Shown piece by piece: positions 21,244 to 31,285 of a DNA stretch of 64,000 nucleotides. Below the pieces are notes generated by a model, which was not told the DNA's origin, did no database searches, and saw only the letters and a list, made by a program, of their open reading frames with translations. The translations under genes and the position numbers were made by a program. This stretch comes from Bacteroidales bacterium (GTDB lineage Bacteria > Bacteroidota > Bacteroidia > Bacteroidales > UBA12077), in the NCBI GenBank assembly GCA_028282585.1, contig JANQHR010000144.1, positions 44,445-108,444 on the forward strand, given 5' to 3'. Every line of letters begins with the position of its first letter. The first letter of the stretch is position 1.

Positions 21244-22398
21244 ATGAATAAGAAGATTCTTATCCCAATCATTCTGTTTGGATTAGTATTGCTTACATTG
21301 TTAGGAAGCTGGCTTTTATGGTCTTTAAAAGATAAAAAGCCTCTAAATGTATATATACTTGATAAAACTGTTCCTACTTTCGAAAGGACTGAACATAAAT
21401 CTTTTAATTGGATATTAAATCATAATCGTTATACAAAAGCAAATGGGGATTTATATGATATAAATACCGATTATTATGGATTTTTCCCATTAAATAGTAA
21501 AACACAAGAATTCGATTTTAAAAGTATTCGAATACATGAAATTGAAGACATTGCTAACAATATGGATATGTTATATTATACCGATACATACGGAGTATAT
21601 TATAATGAATGGTATAAGAAAGGAACTAAAGATGTAAAACATACTCAAAAGGTTTATGGAGGATTAAATCAGAATGATTATTTGTTACTTAGGGAAATGA
21701 AGGAGCAAAATAAGCTTATAATAACTGAATTTAATTTATATAATGCTCCGACAAATGGATTAATTCGAGAAAAAGTTGAAAACTTATTTGGTTTGAAATG
21801 GAGTGGCTGGACTGGTAAGTATTATAATAGCTTGGATACCGTAAATGGGAAATTTCCCCAATGGATTGTAAACTTATATATGGAACAAAACAATAACCAA
21901 TGGCCCTTTAAAAATGCTGGTATCGTTTTAGTTCATAAATTCGGAACTATTGCTGTGCTTGAACAGGAAACACACCTTACGCAAGAAGTTCCGTATATTC
22001 TTACAAAACAAGAAACTCGGGAAAGGTTTGGTCTGCCTGAAAAGGTGCATTATCCTCAATGGTTCGATATAACTTTTTCGGAAGAACAAAATAATGTATT
22101 AGCCGACTTTAAAATACATGTAAACTCAAGAGGTGATTCTATTTTAAGGCACTACAACTTGAAACCTGTATTTCCTGCAGTGATTGAAAGTAAAACAGAT
22201 CGCCTTTTTTATTACTTTGGAGGTGATTTTGCTGAAAATAACGTAAATAGTAAAACTGCATTTTTTGAAGGATATCATAGCCTTGTGTCTGTTCTAAAAA
22301 GCGACAATTATAAACATACAGATAAATTTTACTGGCAGTTTTATGTTCCCATGATGACACAAATTTTAGAGGATTATTATAATAGTCTGGAAAAATAA
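21244..22398 (+). CDS. Hypothetical membrane-anchored extracytoplasmic protein
   Basis: 384-aa ORF with an N-terminal TM anchor; no function recognised. Confidence 0.75.
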   Translation: MNKKILIPIILFGLVLLTLLGSWLLWSLKDKKPLNVYILDKTVPTFERTEHKSFNWILNHNRYTKANGDLYDINTDYYGFFPLNSKTQEFDFKSIRIHEIEDIANNMDMLYYTDTYGVYYNEWYKKGTKDVKHTQKVYGGLNQNDYLLLREMKEQNKLIITEFNLYNAPTNGLIREKVENLFGLKWSGWTGKYYNSLDTVNGKFPQWIVNLYMEQNNNQWPFKNAGIVLVHKFGTIAVLEQETHLTQEVPYILTKQETRERFGLPEKVHYPQWFDITFSEEQNNVLADFKIHVNSRGDSILRHYNLKPVFPAVIESKTDRLFYYFGGDFAENNVNSKTAFFEGYHSLVSVLKSDNYKHTDKFYWQFYVPMMTQILEDYYNSLEK

Positions 22399-22417
22399 TA
22401 TTATAAACAGTTTTGAG

Positions 22418-22447
22418 ATGTCATACTTGCAAGTATGACATTTTTTA
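22418..22447 (+). terminator. Intrinsic terminator
   Basis: 24-bp perfect palindrome ATGTCATACTTGCAAGTATGACAT followed by a T tract. Confidence 0.85.
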
Positions 22448-22534
22448 TAATAAAAATTATTTCCCTGAATATTCAAATTTGATTAGTTTGGGCTTGATTT
22501 TTGCTTCAAAACTTACTTAACTTAAAACGAAAAT

Positions 22535-22846
22535 ATGAAAAAGATTTTGATTTATTTAGCCTTGTTTATCTTAATTACATTTGCCTCATGTGCAAATAAA
22601 GAATCAGTTGAAGCATGCCTTGATGGATATACCTATCGTTTTTGGGGAGGATTATGGCATGGAATTATTGCCCCAATTGATTTAGTAATTTCTTTGTTTA
22701 GGGATGATGTAACTGTTTATGCCCAAAATAATAATGGAGCCTGGTATGCATTCGGGTTTATCCTTGGAAGCGGCGGCTGGGGAATACTAGGTAGTAAAGG
22801 TGCGTGCAAAGGTAGAAAAATTAGAAATAAAGAATTTGAAGAATAA
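22535..22846 (+). CDS. Small hypothetical membrane lipoprotein
   Basis: Lipobox FASC; hydrophobic FWGGLWHGIIAP and WYAFGFILG segments. Confidence 0.75.
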   Translation: MKKILIYLALFILITFASCANKESVEACLDGYTYRFWGGLWHGIIAPIDLVISLFRDDVTVYAQNNNGAWYAFGFILGSGGWGILGSKGACKGRKIRNKEFEE

Positions 22847-22879
22847 TTAAAACTATTAACATTTAAAAACAAAAATTCG

Positions 22880-23932
22880 ATGAGAAAGCTTAATTTATTA
22901 ACATTAACCTTATTGCTGTTAATTACCACACCTTCCATAGCACAGACATATATTATTCAAGCAAAGCCATGGGATTCAAAGGAATGGGGCTATATTAATT
23001 TAGATGGAGAATATTTAATTCATCCACAATTTAGGAAGTGTTATGAATTTTCGGAAAGTGGTTATGCTCCGATTTATGAAAAAAAGAAAGGATACTATTT
23101 TATAAATATTAAAGGAGAGAAATTACCTACTGAAATAACAAACTTTAAGTTAAAACAAATGTTTGGTTTTGGTACTCAAGGATTCAAAGAAGGAATGGTT
23201 CCGGTTCTTGTAAAAGAAAAATGGGGATTTTTAAATAAAACAGGAAAACTTGTAATTCAACCAAAATATGATAAAGTTTCAAGATTTGAAGAGGGATACT
23301 CTATTGCTAAAACAGGAGAGCAATTTTTTATTTTAGACAAAATTGGAAATGAAACTTTAGTTCAGGTTCCCAATATTGTAGATATTAGAGTTTTTTCCGA
23401 AGGTATGGCGCCTTTTAAAACTAAAGATGGATATTACGGATTTATCGGAACCGATGGCACGGTAAAAATAGAAGCCCAATTTTTAAGTGTTGGTTATTTT
23501 AATATAGGAGTAGCCTGGGCTAAAACAAAATATGAAACTATTGGATATTTGGATATTTCTGGCGAATGGATCATGCAACCACAGTTTTTCACTGTAAATG
23601 ATTTTGATCCTGAAACGAAGTTAGCTAAGATTAAACAAGGAGATAAATGGGTGTATCTTACGCTTAATGGAGATATTATAGAATTTAAGGAATCAGATGT
23701 TATTTCAGAATTTTACCAAGGTTTAGCAAAAGGAAAGAAATTTAATAAATTCGGATTTTATAATTCAAATATGGAATGGGTAATTGAGCCAAGATTTGAT
23801 AGCGTTAGAAACTTTAAAAATGGTTATGCTGCTGTTAAGCAAGGAGATAAATGGGGTATTATTGATAAAAAAGGTAATTGGATTATAGAACCGACGTATG
23901 CAGCTTTAAAAGATGTGGAAAAAATAATTTAA
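22880..23932 (+). CDS. Secreted WG-repeat protein
   Basis: Repeated (K)WG(F/Y)I..G..I.P.F...F.EG.A units; signal peptide. Confidence 0.9.
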   Translation: MRKLNLLTLTLLLLITTPSIAQTYIIQAKPWDSKEWGYINLDGEYLIHPQFRKCYEFSESGYAPIYEKKKGYYFINIKGEKLPTEITNFKLKQMFGFGTQGFKEGMVPVLVKEKWGFLNKTGKLVIQPKYDKVSRFEEGYSIAKTGEQFFILDKIGNETLVQVPNIVDIRVFSEGMAPFKTKDGYYGFIGTDGTVKIEAQFLSVGYFNIGVAWAKTKYETIGYLDISGEWIMQPQFFTVNDFDPETKLAKIKQGDKWVYLTLNGDIIEFKESDVISEFYQGLAKGKKFNKFGFYNSNMEWVIEPRFDSVRNFKNGYAAVKQGDKWGIIDKKGNWIIEPTYAALKDVEKII

Positions 23933-23948
23933 TCTAAAGCAAGATATT

Positions 23949-23977
23949 AAACGCGGATACTTTTTCCGCGTTTTTTT
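23949..23977 (+). terminator. Intrinsic terminator
   Basis: AAACGCGGA-N7-TCCGCGTTT followed by a T tract. Confidence 0.85.
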
Positions 23978-24027
23978 GTTTATTATTGAAGATGATAAAA
24001 GTGCAAACTAATAAAATATATTAAAAC

Positions 24028-24747
24028 GTGAAGGGAATATTAATTTTATTGGTAAGTGTGTTAATTTCAACAAGCTTAAGTGCTCAAATCTGGAAAGAAT
24101 TAAAAGAAGCAGCGGAAGAGGTAATTGAGGAAACTAACACATCTGAGCTTACTGAAGAAGAAGTAGGAAAAGCTTTAAAAGAAGCATTGACTATTGGAAT
24201 TGAAAAAGGAGTGGATCGGGTATCAAAAGTAGACGGTTATTTTAAAGATCCTGAGATTAAAATTATAATGCCTGAAGAAGCAAAAGTTGTTGAAGAAAAG
24301 CTTCGAATGTTGGGGCAGGATAAATTAGTGGATGATGCTATTGAGTCAATGAATAGAGCTGCTGAAGATGCTGCTACCGCAGCGAAAGATATTTTTATTA
24401 CTGCGATAAAAAATCTAACCTTGAAGGACGTAATGAATATTTTAAACGGCGAAGATAATGCTGCTACGTTATATCTGGAAAATAATACTCGCAATAAGTT
24501 AGTTGATAAATTCAAACCAATAATAAAGGTTTCACTTGAAAAAGTAGGAGCAACAAAGTATTGGAATTCTGTTTTTACTTACTACAATAAACTTCCATTT
24601 GTAAAAAAGGTTAATCCAGACCTTGATGATTATGTTACTGATAGGGCAATTGATGGATTATTTGTGCAAATTGCAAAAGAAGAGAAGGAAATCAGAAAGA
24701 ATCCTGCGGCTAGAGTAACAGATCTGCTAAAAAAAGTATTTGGGTAA
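24028..24747 (+). CDS. DUF4197 family exported protein
   Basis: LKEAL..G, SMNRAAE.A, AIDGLF..IAKEE..IR.NP.AR..LLKKVF. Confidence 0.88.
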   Translation: MKGILILLVSVLISTSLSAQIWKELKEAAEEVIEETNTSELTEEEVGKALKEALTIGIEKGVDRVSKVDGYFKDPEIKIIMPEEAKVVEEKLRMLGQDKLVDDAIESMNRAAEDAATAAKDIFITAIKNLTLKDVMNILNGEDNAATLYLENNTRNKLVDKFKPIIKVSLEKVGATKYWNSVFTYYNKLPFVKKVNPDLDDYVTDRAIDGLFVQIAKEEKEIRKNPAARVTDLLKKVFG

Positions 24748-24938
24748 TCGATTTAATTCCTAATACTTAAAATTAATTAAAACTTAATATTTGGAAAACG
24801 CTTATTATTAAGGTTCTACAATGCTATTTTATCCTAAATGGCTACAGACTAGCCCTGTGGATGGATAAAGGTTTTGTAATTCACTTATAAATCATTAGTT
24901 TAGAATGATATTATGAATTTTAAATCTTCACATATATA

Positions 24939-25847
24939 ATGGATACAATTACCTCGTTAGACCAAATGGTTGAGCATATATGCGAATTAAAGATTAATAG
25001 AAAAATCGCGGTTACGGTCGCTGAAGACGAAAACACGATCGGAGCTTTAATTGAAGCACAGGAAAGAGGATTTGCTACACCAATACTTATTGGCAATAAA
25101 AATAAAATTAAGGATGTATTATTTGAAGAAAATGCTAAACCTAAAGATTTTCAAATTATCGATGTTCAGGATCACTCAGCAGCAGCAAAGTTAGCAGTAA
25201 AGATGGTTCATGATGGCAAAGCAGATGTATTAATGAAAGGTTTAATTAGTACAGACAAATTTCTGCGAGCCGTTTTAGATAAAGATAAAGGGTTACTGCC
25301 AAAAAAAGGAATAATGAGCTACGTGTGTGCGTTAGATCTTCCTCAATATGATAAGCTTTTATTTGTATCGGATACTGCTGTTTTACCTTACCCAAATTTA
25401 TCAGAAAAAATTGCGATGGTAAAATATACTATTCAGATGACAAAAAAGTTTGGAATTGAAAATCCTAAAATTGCTTTAATTGGAGCATCAGAAAAAGTAA
25501 ATGATAAATTTCATTATAGCACAGATTATACGCAAATTTGCAAAATGGTGGATCGTGGGCAAATTCCAAAATGTACCATTGATGGGCCTTTAGATATATT
25601 TCTGGCTTGTGATATTGAAAGCGTGCGAATCAAAGGTGTTCCAACACCAATAAACGGAGAGGCAGATGCTTTGATATTTCCTTCACTCGAATCAGCAAAT
25701 AGCTTTTATAAGGGTTTAATGTTATTTGGAGGAGGCGAACTGGCAGGTCTTATTCAGGGTACTATTAAACCGGTAATTGTAATGTCTCGAAGTGAAAGCC
25801 AAACGTCTAAATTTTATTGCATTGCATTGTCTTGTTTAATGGCCTAG
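24939..25847 (+). CDS. Phosphate acyl/butyryltransferase
   Basis: ADVLMKGLIST, VSDTAV, IDGPLD, ADALIFP, PVIVMSRS. Confidence 0.88.
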   Translation: MDTITSLDQMVEHICELKINRKIAVTVAEDENTIGALIEAQERGFATPILIGNKNKIKDVLFEENAKPKDFQIIDVQDHSAAAKLAVKMVHDGKADVLMKGLISTDKFLRAVLDKDKGLLPKKGIMSYVCALDLPQYDKLLFVSDTAVLPYPNLSEKIAMVKYTIQMTKKFGIENPKIALIGASEKVNDKFHYSTDYTQICKMVDRGQIPKCTIDGPLDIFLACDIESVRIKGVPTPINGEADALIFPSLESANSFYKGLMLFGGGELAGLIQGTIKPVIVMSRSESQTSKFYCIALSCLMA

Positions 25848-25871
25848 AAGTTTCAATAATTAACAAAATTT

Positions 25872-25906
25872 AAGAAAGAGCTTCAACAACAATTGAAGCT
25901 TTTCTT
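25872..25906 (+). terminator. Intrinsic terminator overlapping the next promoter region
   Basis: AGCTTCAA-CAACAA-TTGAAGCT followed by a T-rich tail; TATCTTTG -7 box at 25908-25915. Confidence 0.7.
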
Positions 25907-25932
25907 TTATCTTTGAAAATAAAAATAAATAT

Positions 25933-26712
25933 ATGTCACATAAACTTAATATATCATGTATACAGGCTGATTTGGCCTGGGAAAATGTAGATCAGAATTT
26001 AAAACATTTTGAAAAAAAGTTTGAAAGATTACCTGCAGAATCAGAAATTGTTATTTTACCGGAAATGTTTACAACAGGTTTCTCAATGAATTCAACCAGT
26101 TTAGCTGAACCAATGGATGGAAAAACATTTCAATGGATGAAAGATCAGGCAAATCGGATTGATAAAATAATTCTAGGAAGTGCAATAATAAAGGAAAATG
26201 ATAATTTTTACAACAGGTGTATAACCATGTTCCCAAATGGAGAGTATTATTCTTATGATAAGGGACATCTGTTTCGTATGGAAAAAGAAGATCAGGGATA
26301 TACTAAAGGTACGAGTAAAACCATTTTTAAACATAACGGATGGAGAATTTCTACTCTAATATGTTATGATTTGCGTTTTCCTGTATGGAGCAGAAACCGG
26401 AATGATTACGACATGTTGATTTACATTGCTAGTTGGCCGGAGAGCAGAAGAGAAGTCTGGAATACTTTATTGAAAGCCAGAGCAATAGAAAATCAGGCTT
26501 ACGTAGTTGGAGTAAACAGAATAGGAAAAGATGGTGAGGGAATAAGTTATTCGGGAGATACGGTTATAATTAATGCAAAGGGCCAGATAATAAAAAAAGC
26601 AACTGATTATAAAGAGGAAATAATAAGTGCTGAATTATCATTAGAAGAGTTGGAATTATTTAGAGAAAAGTTTCCGGTTTTTCTTGATGCAGACGATTTT
26701 AAATTATTGTAG
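25933..26712 (+). CDS. Carbon-nitrogen hydrolase (YafV / omega-amidase-like)
   Basis: LPEMFTTGF, YDKGHLF, ICYDLRFPVWSR (Glu-Lys-Cys triad). Confidence 0.92.
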   Translation: MSHKLNISCIQADLAWENVDQNLKHFEKKFERLPAESEIVILPEMFTTGFSMNSTSLAEPMDGKTFQWMKDQANRIDKIILGSAIIKENDNFYNRCITMFPNGEYYSYDKGHLFRMEKEDQGYTKGTSKTIFKHNGWRISTLICYDLRFPVWSRNRNDYDMLIYIASWPESRREVWNTLLKARAIENQAYVVGVNRIGKDGEGISYSGDTVIINAKGQIIKKATDYKEEIISAELSLEELELFREKFPVFLDADDFKLL

Positions 26713-26714
26713 TA

Positions 26715-28952
26715 ATGTTACCTAAAATAAATTTTGATAAAAAAACCGAAGGAAAAATTACTGATAGAGAGCGAAAGAAAATTATAAATAAATATCGGGA
26801 ATTACTTCACTTATCGGAAGACTTTACCAAAAAAAAGGAAGTTGAGCTTATACGTAAAGCTTTTGATTTGGCACTAGATGCATCCGAAGAAAAACGTTTG
26901 CCATCTGGAGATCCTGAAATTATTGATACCCTGGAAGTTGCAATTGTTATTGTTAGTGAAATTGGTTTAGGAACCAGATCTGTTGTTTCTTCACTGCTTT
27001 ATCATTCGGTTTTAGACGGTAAAATTACTTTAGATGAGGTAGAGAAGGAATTTGACAAAACCATTCGAATAATTGTCGATGGTTTGGTTAAGATATCAGA
27101 TATCAATACAAAAACATCTGCAAATCAGGTTGAAAACTTTAGACAGTTATTATTAACACTTGCTGAAGATGTAAGAGTAATCTTAATTAAACTAGCCATA
27201 TTATTAAACCATATGAGAAGTTTAAATAATATGCCTGAGGATTACCAGATTAAAACATCTTTGGAAACTTTTTCACTTTATGCTCCATTGGCTCATCGAT
27301 TAGGATTATATAATATAAAATCCGAATTGGAAAACTTATCGATGAAATATACTGAAAAAGAGAAGTATAAGGAAATCATAAAAAAGTTAAAGAATACAAC
27401 AGCAAAACGAGAGCGATTTATAAAGAAATTTGTTTCGCCAATAGAAAAGGTTTTAAAAGACGAGGGATATGATTATGAAATAAAAGGACGTCCAAAGTCG
27501 GTATATTCGATTTGGCAAAAAATGAAAAAGCAAAATGTTGAATTTGAAGAAGTTTACGATATATTTGCAATTCGCATTATCTTGAATTCAAAGCCATCCA
27601 AAGAAAAAGCCCATTGTTGGAGAGTTTATTCGGTTGTTACCGATTTTTATCAACCAAACCCTAAGCGATTAAGGGATTGGATCTCTATACCGAAATCCAA
27701 TGGTTATGAGTCATTACATACTACCGTGGTGGGTCCGGAAAGTAAGTGGGTAGAGGTTCAAATAAGAACCAAACGCATGGATGAAATTGCAGAAAAGGGA
27801 TATGCAGCACATTGGCGATATAAAGGTGTAAAAGCTGAAAAAGGCATTGACCAATGGATGCAAAAGGTAAGAGATGTAATTGAAGCCAATGGTGCTGAAA
27901 ATGGTGAAACAATTGATGACCTTAAGCTAAATCTTTATAATAAGGAAGTCTTTGTTTTTACACCAAATGGCGACTTAAAAAAACTTCCGGCAGGAGCAAC
28001 GGTTTTGGATTTTGCTTATGACATCCACTCTGATGTTGGTAATCAATGTGTTGGCGCCATGATTAACCATAAAAATGTTACTATTAAACAACAATTACAA
28101 AATGGTGATCAGATTAGTATTGTAACATCAAAAACACAGAAACCGAAATCGGATTGGTTAAATTTTGTTGTTACTTCAAAGGCTAAAACTAAAATAAAAT
28201 CAACTTTACGTGAGGAGAGATTTAAAGAAGCTGAATCTGGAAAGGAATTATTAAAAAGAAGGCTTAAAAATTGGAAAATTAAATTTGAAGATGCTCTAAT
28301 AGATAAATTAGTTAAATATTATAAGCTAAAAGCTCCTGTTGACTTGTACTATGCAATCGCAACACAGAAAGTTGATATTTCTGGGATAAAGGATTATTTA
28401 ACTGAATCAAAAGAAGAAGAACTTCCAGTTAACGAGATTGAAGAAAAAATAGAGACGCAAGAGGTTGATAAGAAATCATCATACCAGAGTGATTTTCTGA
28501 TTATTGACAATAAGATTGAAAATGTTGATTATAAATTGGCAAAATGTTGTAATCCAATTTTTGGAGACTCTATTTTTGGCTTTGTTACTGTAAGTGAGGG
28601 AATAAAAATACATAGAACAAGTTGTCCGAATGCACGGCAAATGATTGAGAGGTATAATTATAGAATAATTAAAGCACAGTGGACAAAATCGGCTGCAAAA
28701 CAATCATTTCAGGCAACTATTAAAGTTTCAGGGGTTGATGAAATTGGAATGTTGAATAAGATCACAGATATAATCTCAAAAGATCTAAGAGTTAGGATGA
28801 GATCTATTTCCATGGATTCAAACGAAGGAATGTTTGATGGTAAACTAAAACTATTTGTGGATAGTACAAAGCATCTTGATATGCTAATGTCCAAGCTAAA
28901 ACGAGAAAAAGGAATTTTAAAAGTTACGCGCGTTGATTCGGAAGAGAATTAA
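26715..28952 (+). CDS. Long RelA/SpoT homolog, (p)ppGpp synthetase with degenerate HD domain
   Basis: APLAHRLG, GRPKSVYSI, KSNGYESLHT, EVQIRT, AAHWRYK, TGS, CC and ACT domains. Confidence 0.95.
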   Translation: MLPKINFDKKTEGKITDRERKKIINKYRELLHLSEDFTKKKEVELIRKAFDLALDASEEKRLPSGDPEIIDTLEVAIVIVSEIGLGTRSVVSSLLYHSVLDGKITLDEVEKEFDKTIRIIVDGLVKISDINTKTSANQVENFRQLLLTLAEDVRVILIKLAILLNHMRSLNNMPEDYQIKTSLETFSLYAPLAHRLGLYNIKSELENLSMKYTEKEKYKEIIKKLKNTTAKRERFIKKFVSPIEKVLKDEGYDYEIKGRPKSVYSIWQKMKKQNVEFEEVYDIFAIRIILNSKPSKEKAHCWRVYSVVTDFYQPNPKRLRDWISIPKSNGYESLHTTVVGPESKWVEVQIRTKRMDEIAEKGYAAHWRYKGVKAEKGIDQWMQKVRDVIEANGAENGETIDDLKLNLYNKEVFVFTPNGDLKKLPAGATVLDFAYDIHSDVGNQCVGAMINHKNVTIKQQLQNGDQISIVTSKTQKPKSDWLNFVVTSKAKTKIKSTLREERFKEAESGKELLKRRLKNWKIKFEDALIDKLVKYYKLKAPVDLYYAIATQKVDISGIKDYLTESKEEELPVNEIEEKIETQEVDKKSSYQSDFLIIDNKIENVDYKLAKCCNPIFGDSIFGFVTVSEGIKIHRTSCPNARQMIERYNYRIIKAQWTKSAAKQSFQATIKVSGVDEIGMLNKITDIISKDLRVRMRSISMDSNEGMFDGKLKLFVDSTKHLDMLMSKLKREKGILKVTRVDSEEN

Positions 28953-28957
28953 TAAAA

Positions 28958-29062
28958 GCAAATTAGTAAATGGTAAATAGGTGAATTAGTATAATAAGAT
29001 AAAAGCGAATGTAACAAGTTATAATCTTTCAATATTACCAATTCACTATTTCACAAATTAGC
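28958..29062. repeat. Inverted microrepeat element (~8-nt units), no cargo gene
   Basis: Left arm GCAAATTA GTAAATG GTAAATAG GTGAATTA GTATAATA; right arm TATTACCA ATTCACTA TTTCACA AATTAGC is imperfectly complementary. Confidence 0.6.
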
Positions 29063-29134
29063 AATAATTAATAAATTTGTATTACAATAAACAAAAAGCT
29101 ATTATCGTTGGTTTAATTGTTAAATAAGGGCATT

Positions 29135-29812
29135 ATGAAAGTTATATTAGTGACTATATTATTTTTATTAACAATTGTTTTGTCTGGTTTCTCACAGGTT
29201 TTCCCGTTATTACCGAAATATTACCAACCTTTGGATTCTACAGTTTTAGGTAATAATAATGAGGAAGAACAAGAGAAAAAGGAAACTTTATTGAAACGAC
29301 ATGAAAAGGTTTTGTATTCTGTTGCAATGGGAACGGGATTTTCAAGTTTCGGTAATGATCTTTCAATGATGAATACTTATATTGCACCAACCGTTGATTA
29401 TCAGGTAAATTCCAAACTTAATGTTACTGTAACAGGCATTATAATGCAAAACAACTTTAATGGTTTAGAAGAATTTTATGGTAATGCTCCTGGATATTCA
29501 TACAGTTCAAATACATCAAATTATGGCATTTCAGGTACTGCTTATTATCAGTTAAATGATAAATGGAGTATATGGGGTGATGGGGCTTATCTGGAGAACC
29601 AATCCATATTTAACGATTATCGGGCTGACGCTTATGACAATGATTACAAAACTATTTCTTTGGGGGTGGGATACAAGATAAATGATAAAGTACAATTTCA
29701 TTTTCAATATAGATACTCGAATGGATTAAACCCGGCATATAATTATTCTTCACCTTTTTACAATAGGACATATAACCCTTACAGATCTAATTTCGATATT
29801 TGGGATTATTAA
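29135..29812 (+). CDS. Hypothetical exported protein, possible small outer-membrane beta-barrel
   Basis: Signal peptide from ATG 29135; alternating beta-strand patterns; TAAATTTG -7 box at 29072-29079. Confidence 0.7.
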   Translation: MKVILVTILFLLTIVLSGFSQVFPLLPKYYQPLDSTVLGNNNEEEQEKKETLLKRHEKVLYSVAMGTGFSSFGNDLSMMNTYIAPTVDYQVNSKLNVTVTGIIMQNNFNGLEEFYGNAPGYSYSSNTSNYGISGTAYYQLNDKWSIWGDGAYLENQSIFNDYRADAYDNDYKTISLGVGYKINDKVQFHFQYRYSNGLNPAYNYSSPFYNRTYNPYRSNFDIWDY

Positions 29813-30643
29813 ATGATCTGGTTTAAAGAAAATACTTATTTAATTACAGTAGTTCTTGTAATTATTAGTTTATCTGTAAAATCGCAAACTACAATTTCAC
29901 AATTCCCTGTATTTCAGCCTGACGAACGAATAACCTATTCTGCTGTATATAATTGGGGATTTATTTGGTTAAAAGCAGGAAAGGTTGAATTTAAAGTAAC
30001 GAAAACCAAATATAAGGATAACGAAGCATACCATTTAAATGCTTTTGGAACTAGTCTTCCATCTTATGATTGGTTATTTAAAGTTCGTGATTATTTTCAG
30101 TCATACGTGAGAACTGATAATTTAGCTCCATTATATTTTGATAGAAATACTTATGAAGGTGGATATTATGTCCAAAATCAGTTTATATTTAATTATAAGG
30201 ATAGTCTGATATATACCCAAACGCAAAATTCCAATAAACCATACTCTGAGGATACACTTAAAATGCAAAAGAATATTTACGATGTTATTTCAGGGGTATA
30301 TTATATAAGGAACCTTGATTTTGATAAATACGAAATTAACGATACTATTCCAGTTCGTATGATAATCGATAACGAAATATTTGATTTATATATCAGGTAT
30401 TTAGGGAAAGAAGTATTAAAAACTCATGACAAGCGAAAGTTCAATACCATAAAATTTTCTGCTCTGCTAGTTGAAGGAACCATATTCAAAGGGGGAGAGG
30501 ATTTATATGTTTGGGTAAGTGATGATTTAAATCGAATTCCAATACTTGTTGAGGCTAAAATATTGATCGGCTCTGTAAAAGCTACATTAGTTGGAATAGA
30601 AAATCAGAAGTTTCCGCTTTCTTCAGAAATAGTTCAAGAATAA
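29813..30643 (+). CDS. DUF3108 family exported protein
   Basis: YNWGFIW..AG, FKVRD, WVSDDLNRIP...A.I.IGSVKA.L. Confidence 0.85.
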   Translation: MIWFKENTYLITVVLVIISLSVKSQTTISQFPVFQPDERITYSAVYNWGFIWLKAGKVEFKVTKTKYKDNEAYHLNAFGTSLPSYDWLFKVRDYFQSYVRTDNLAPLYFDRNTYEGGYYVQNQFIFNYKDSLIYTQTQNSNKPYSEDTLKMQKNIYDVISGVYYIRNLDFDKYEINDTIPVRMIIDNEIFDLYIRYLGKEVLKTHDKRKFNTIKFSALLVEGTIFKGGEDLYVWVSDDLNRIPILVEAKILIGSVKATLVGIENQKFPLSSEIVQE

Positions 30644-30658
30644 TATATTAAATAATCG

Positions 30659-30694
30659 AATTGAAATGATAGTAAGGATTGTAATGATTGAAAA
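30659..30694. repeat. Left arm: four 9-nt repeats (GATTGTAAN-like)
   Basis: AATTGAAAT GATAGTAAG GATTGTAAT GATTGAAAA. Confidence 0.65.
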
Positions 30695-30745
30695 TTCTTG
30701 TTAAATTATAAAATGATATCTTTATAGAATACAATAACTTTTAAC

Positions 30746-31120
30746 ATGACAATGGAAGGCGATTGGGTAAAATTTAAAAAAGAACTAAGATAAAGGTTAA
30801 AGAAATTCGCTCTGGGAATTACTAGGTTAGTTCAGAACTTACCAAAAACTTCTGAAGCAAAAACTATAGGTAATCAGTTGTTAAAATCGGGAACTTCGAC
30901 TTATGCAAATTATAGAGCGGCTTTAAGAGGACGTTCAAAAGCAGAATTCTTTAGTAAATTATCTATCTCAGTTGAAGAAGCGGATGAAACTGAAATGTGG
31001 TTGGAAATATTAATAGAGTCAGAAATATCTAATGATCAGGAAACTATAAGACTGCATAAAGAAAGCTTCGAATTATTAAAAATTCTATCTCACCTAAGAA
31101 AAACTGTTGGAAATAAATAA
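30746..31120 (+). pseudogene. Four-helix-bundle protein (TIGR02436 / 23S rRNA IVP / bAvd-like) with an in-frame TAA
   Basis: MTMEGDWVKFKKELR*RLKKFALGITRLVQNLPKTSEAKTIGNQLLKSGTSTYANYRAA.RGRSKAEFFSKLSISVEEADETEMWLE; stop at 30791-30793. Confidence 0.88.
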
Positions 31121-31124
31121 TTAT

Positions 31125-31159
31125 TATTCAAACTCCACAATCCTCTTAATCTTTCAATC
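31125..31159. repeat. Right arm: 8-9-nt repeats complementary to the left arm
   Basis: TATTCAAAC TCCACAATC CTCTTAATC TTTCAATC. Confidence 0.65.
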
Positions 31160-31285
31160 TATCTAAGTTTAAAAAGAAATTAAAAATCAGATGGAAATCC
31201 CATGCTATAATTCCGAAGTTCATAAATTTTATACTAATTTTGCCGGAAATTGAAAAACAGTAATTCATAACTAAAATAGTTAATA

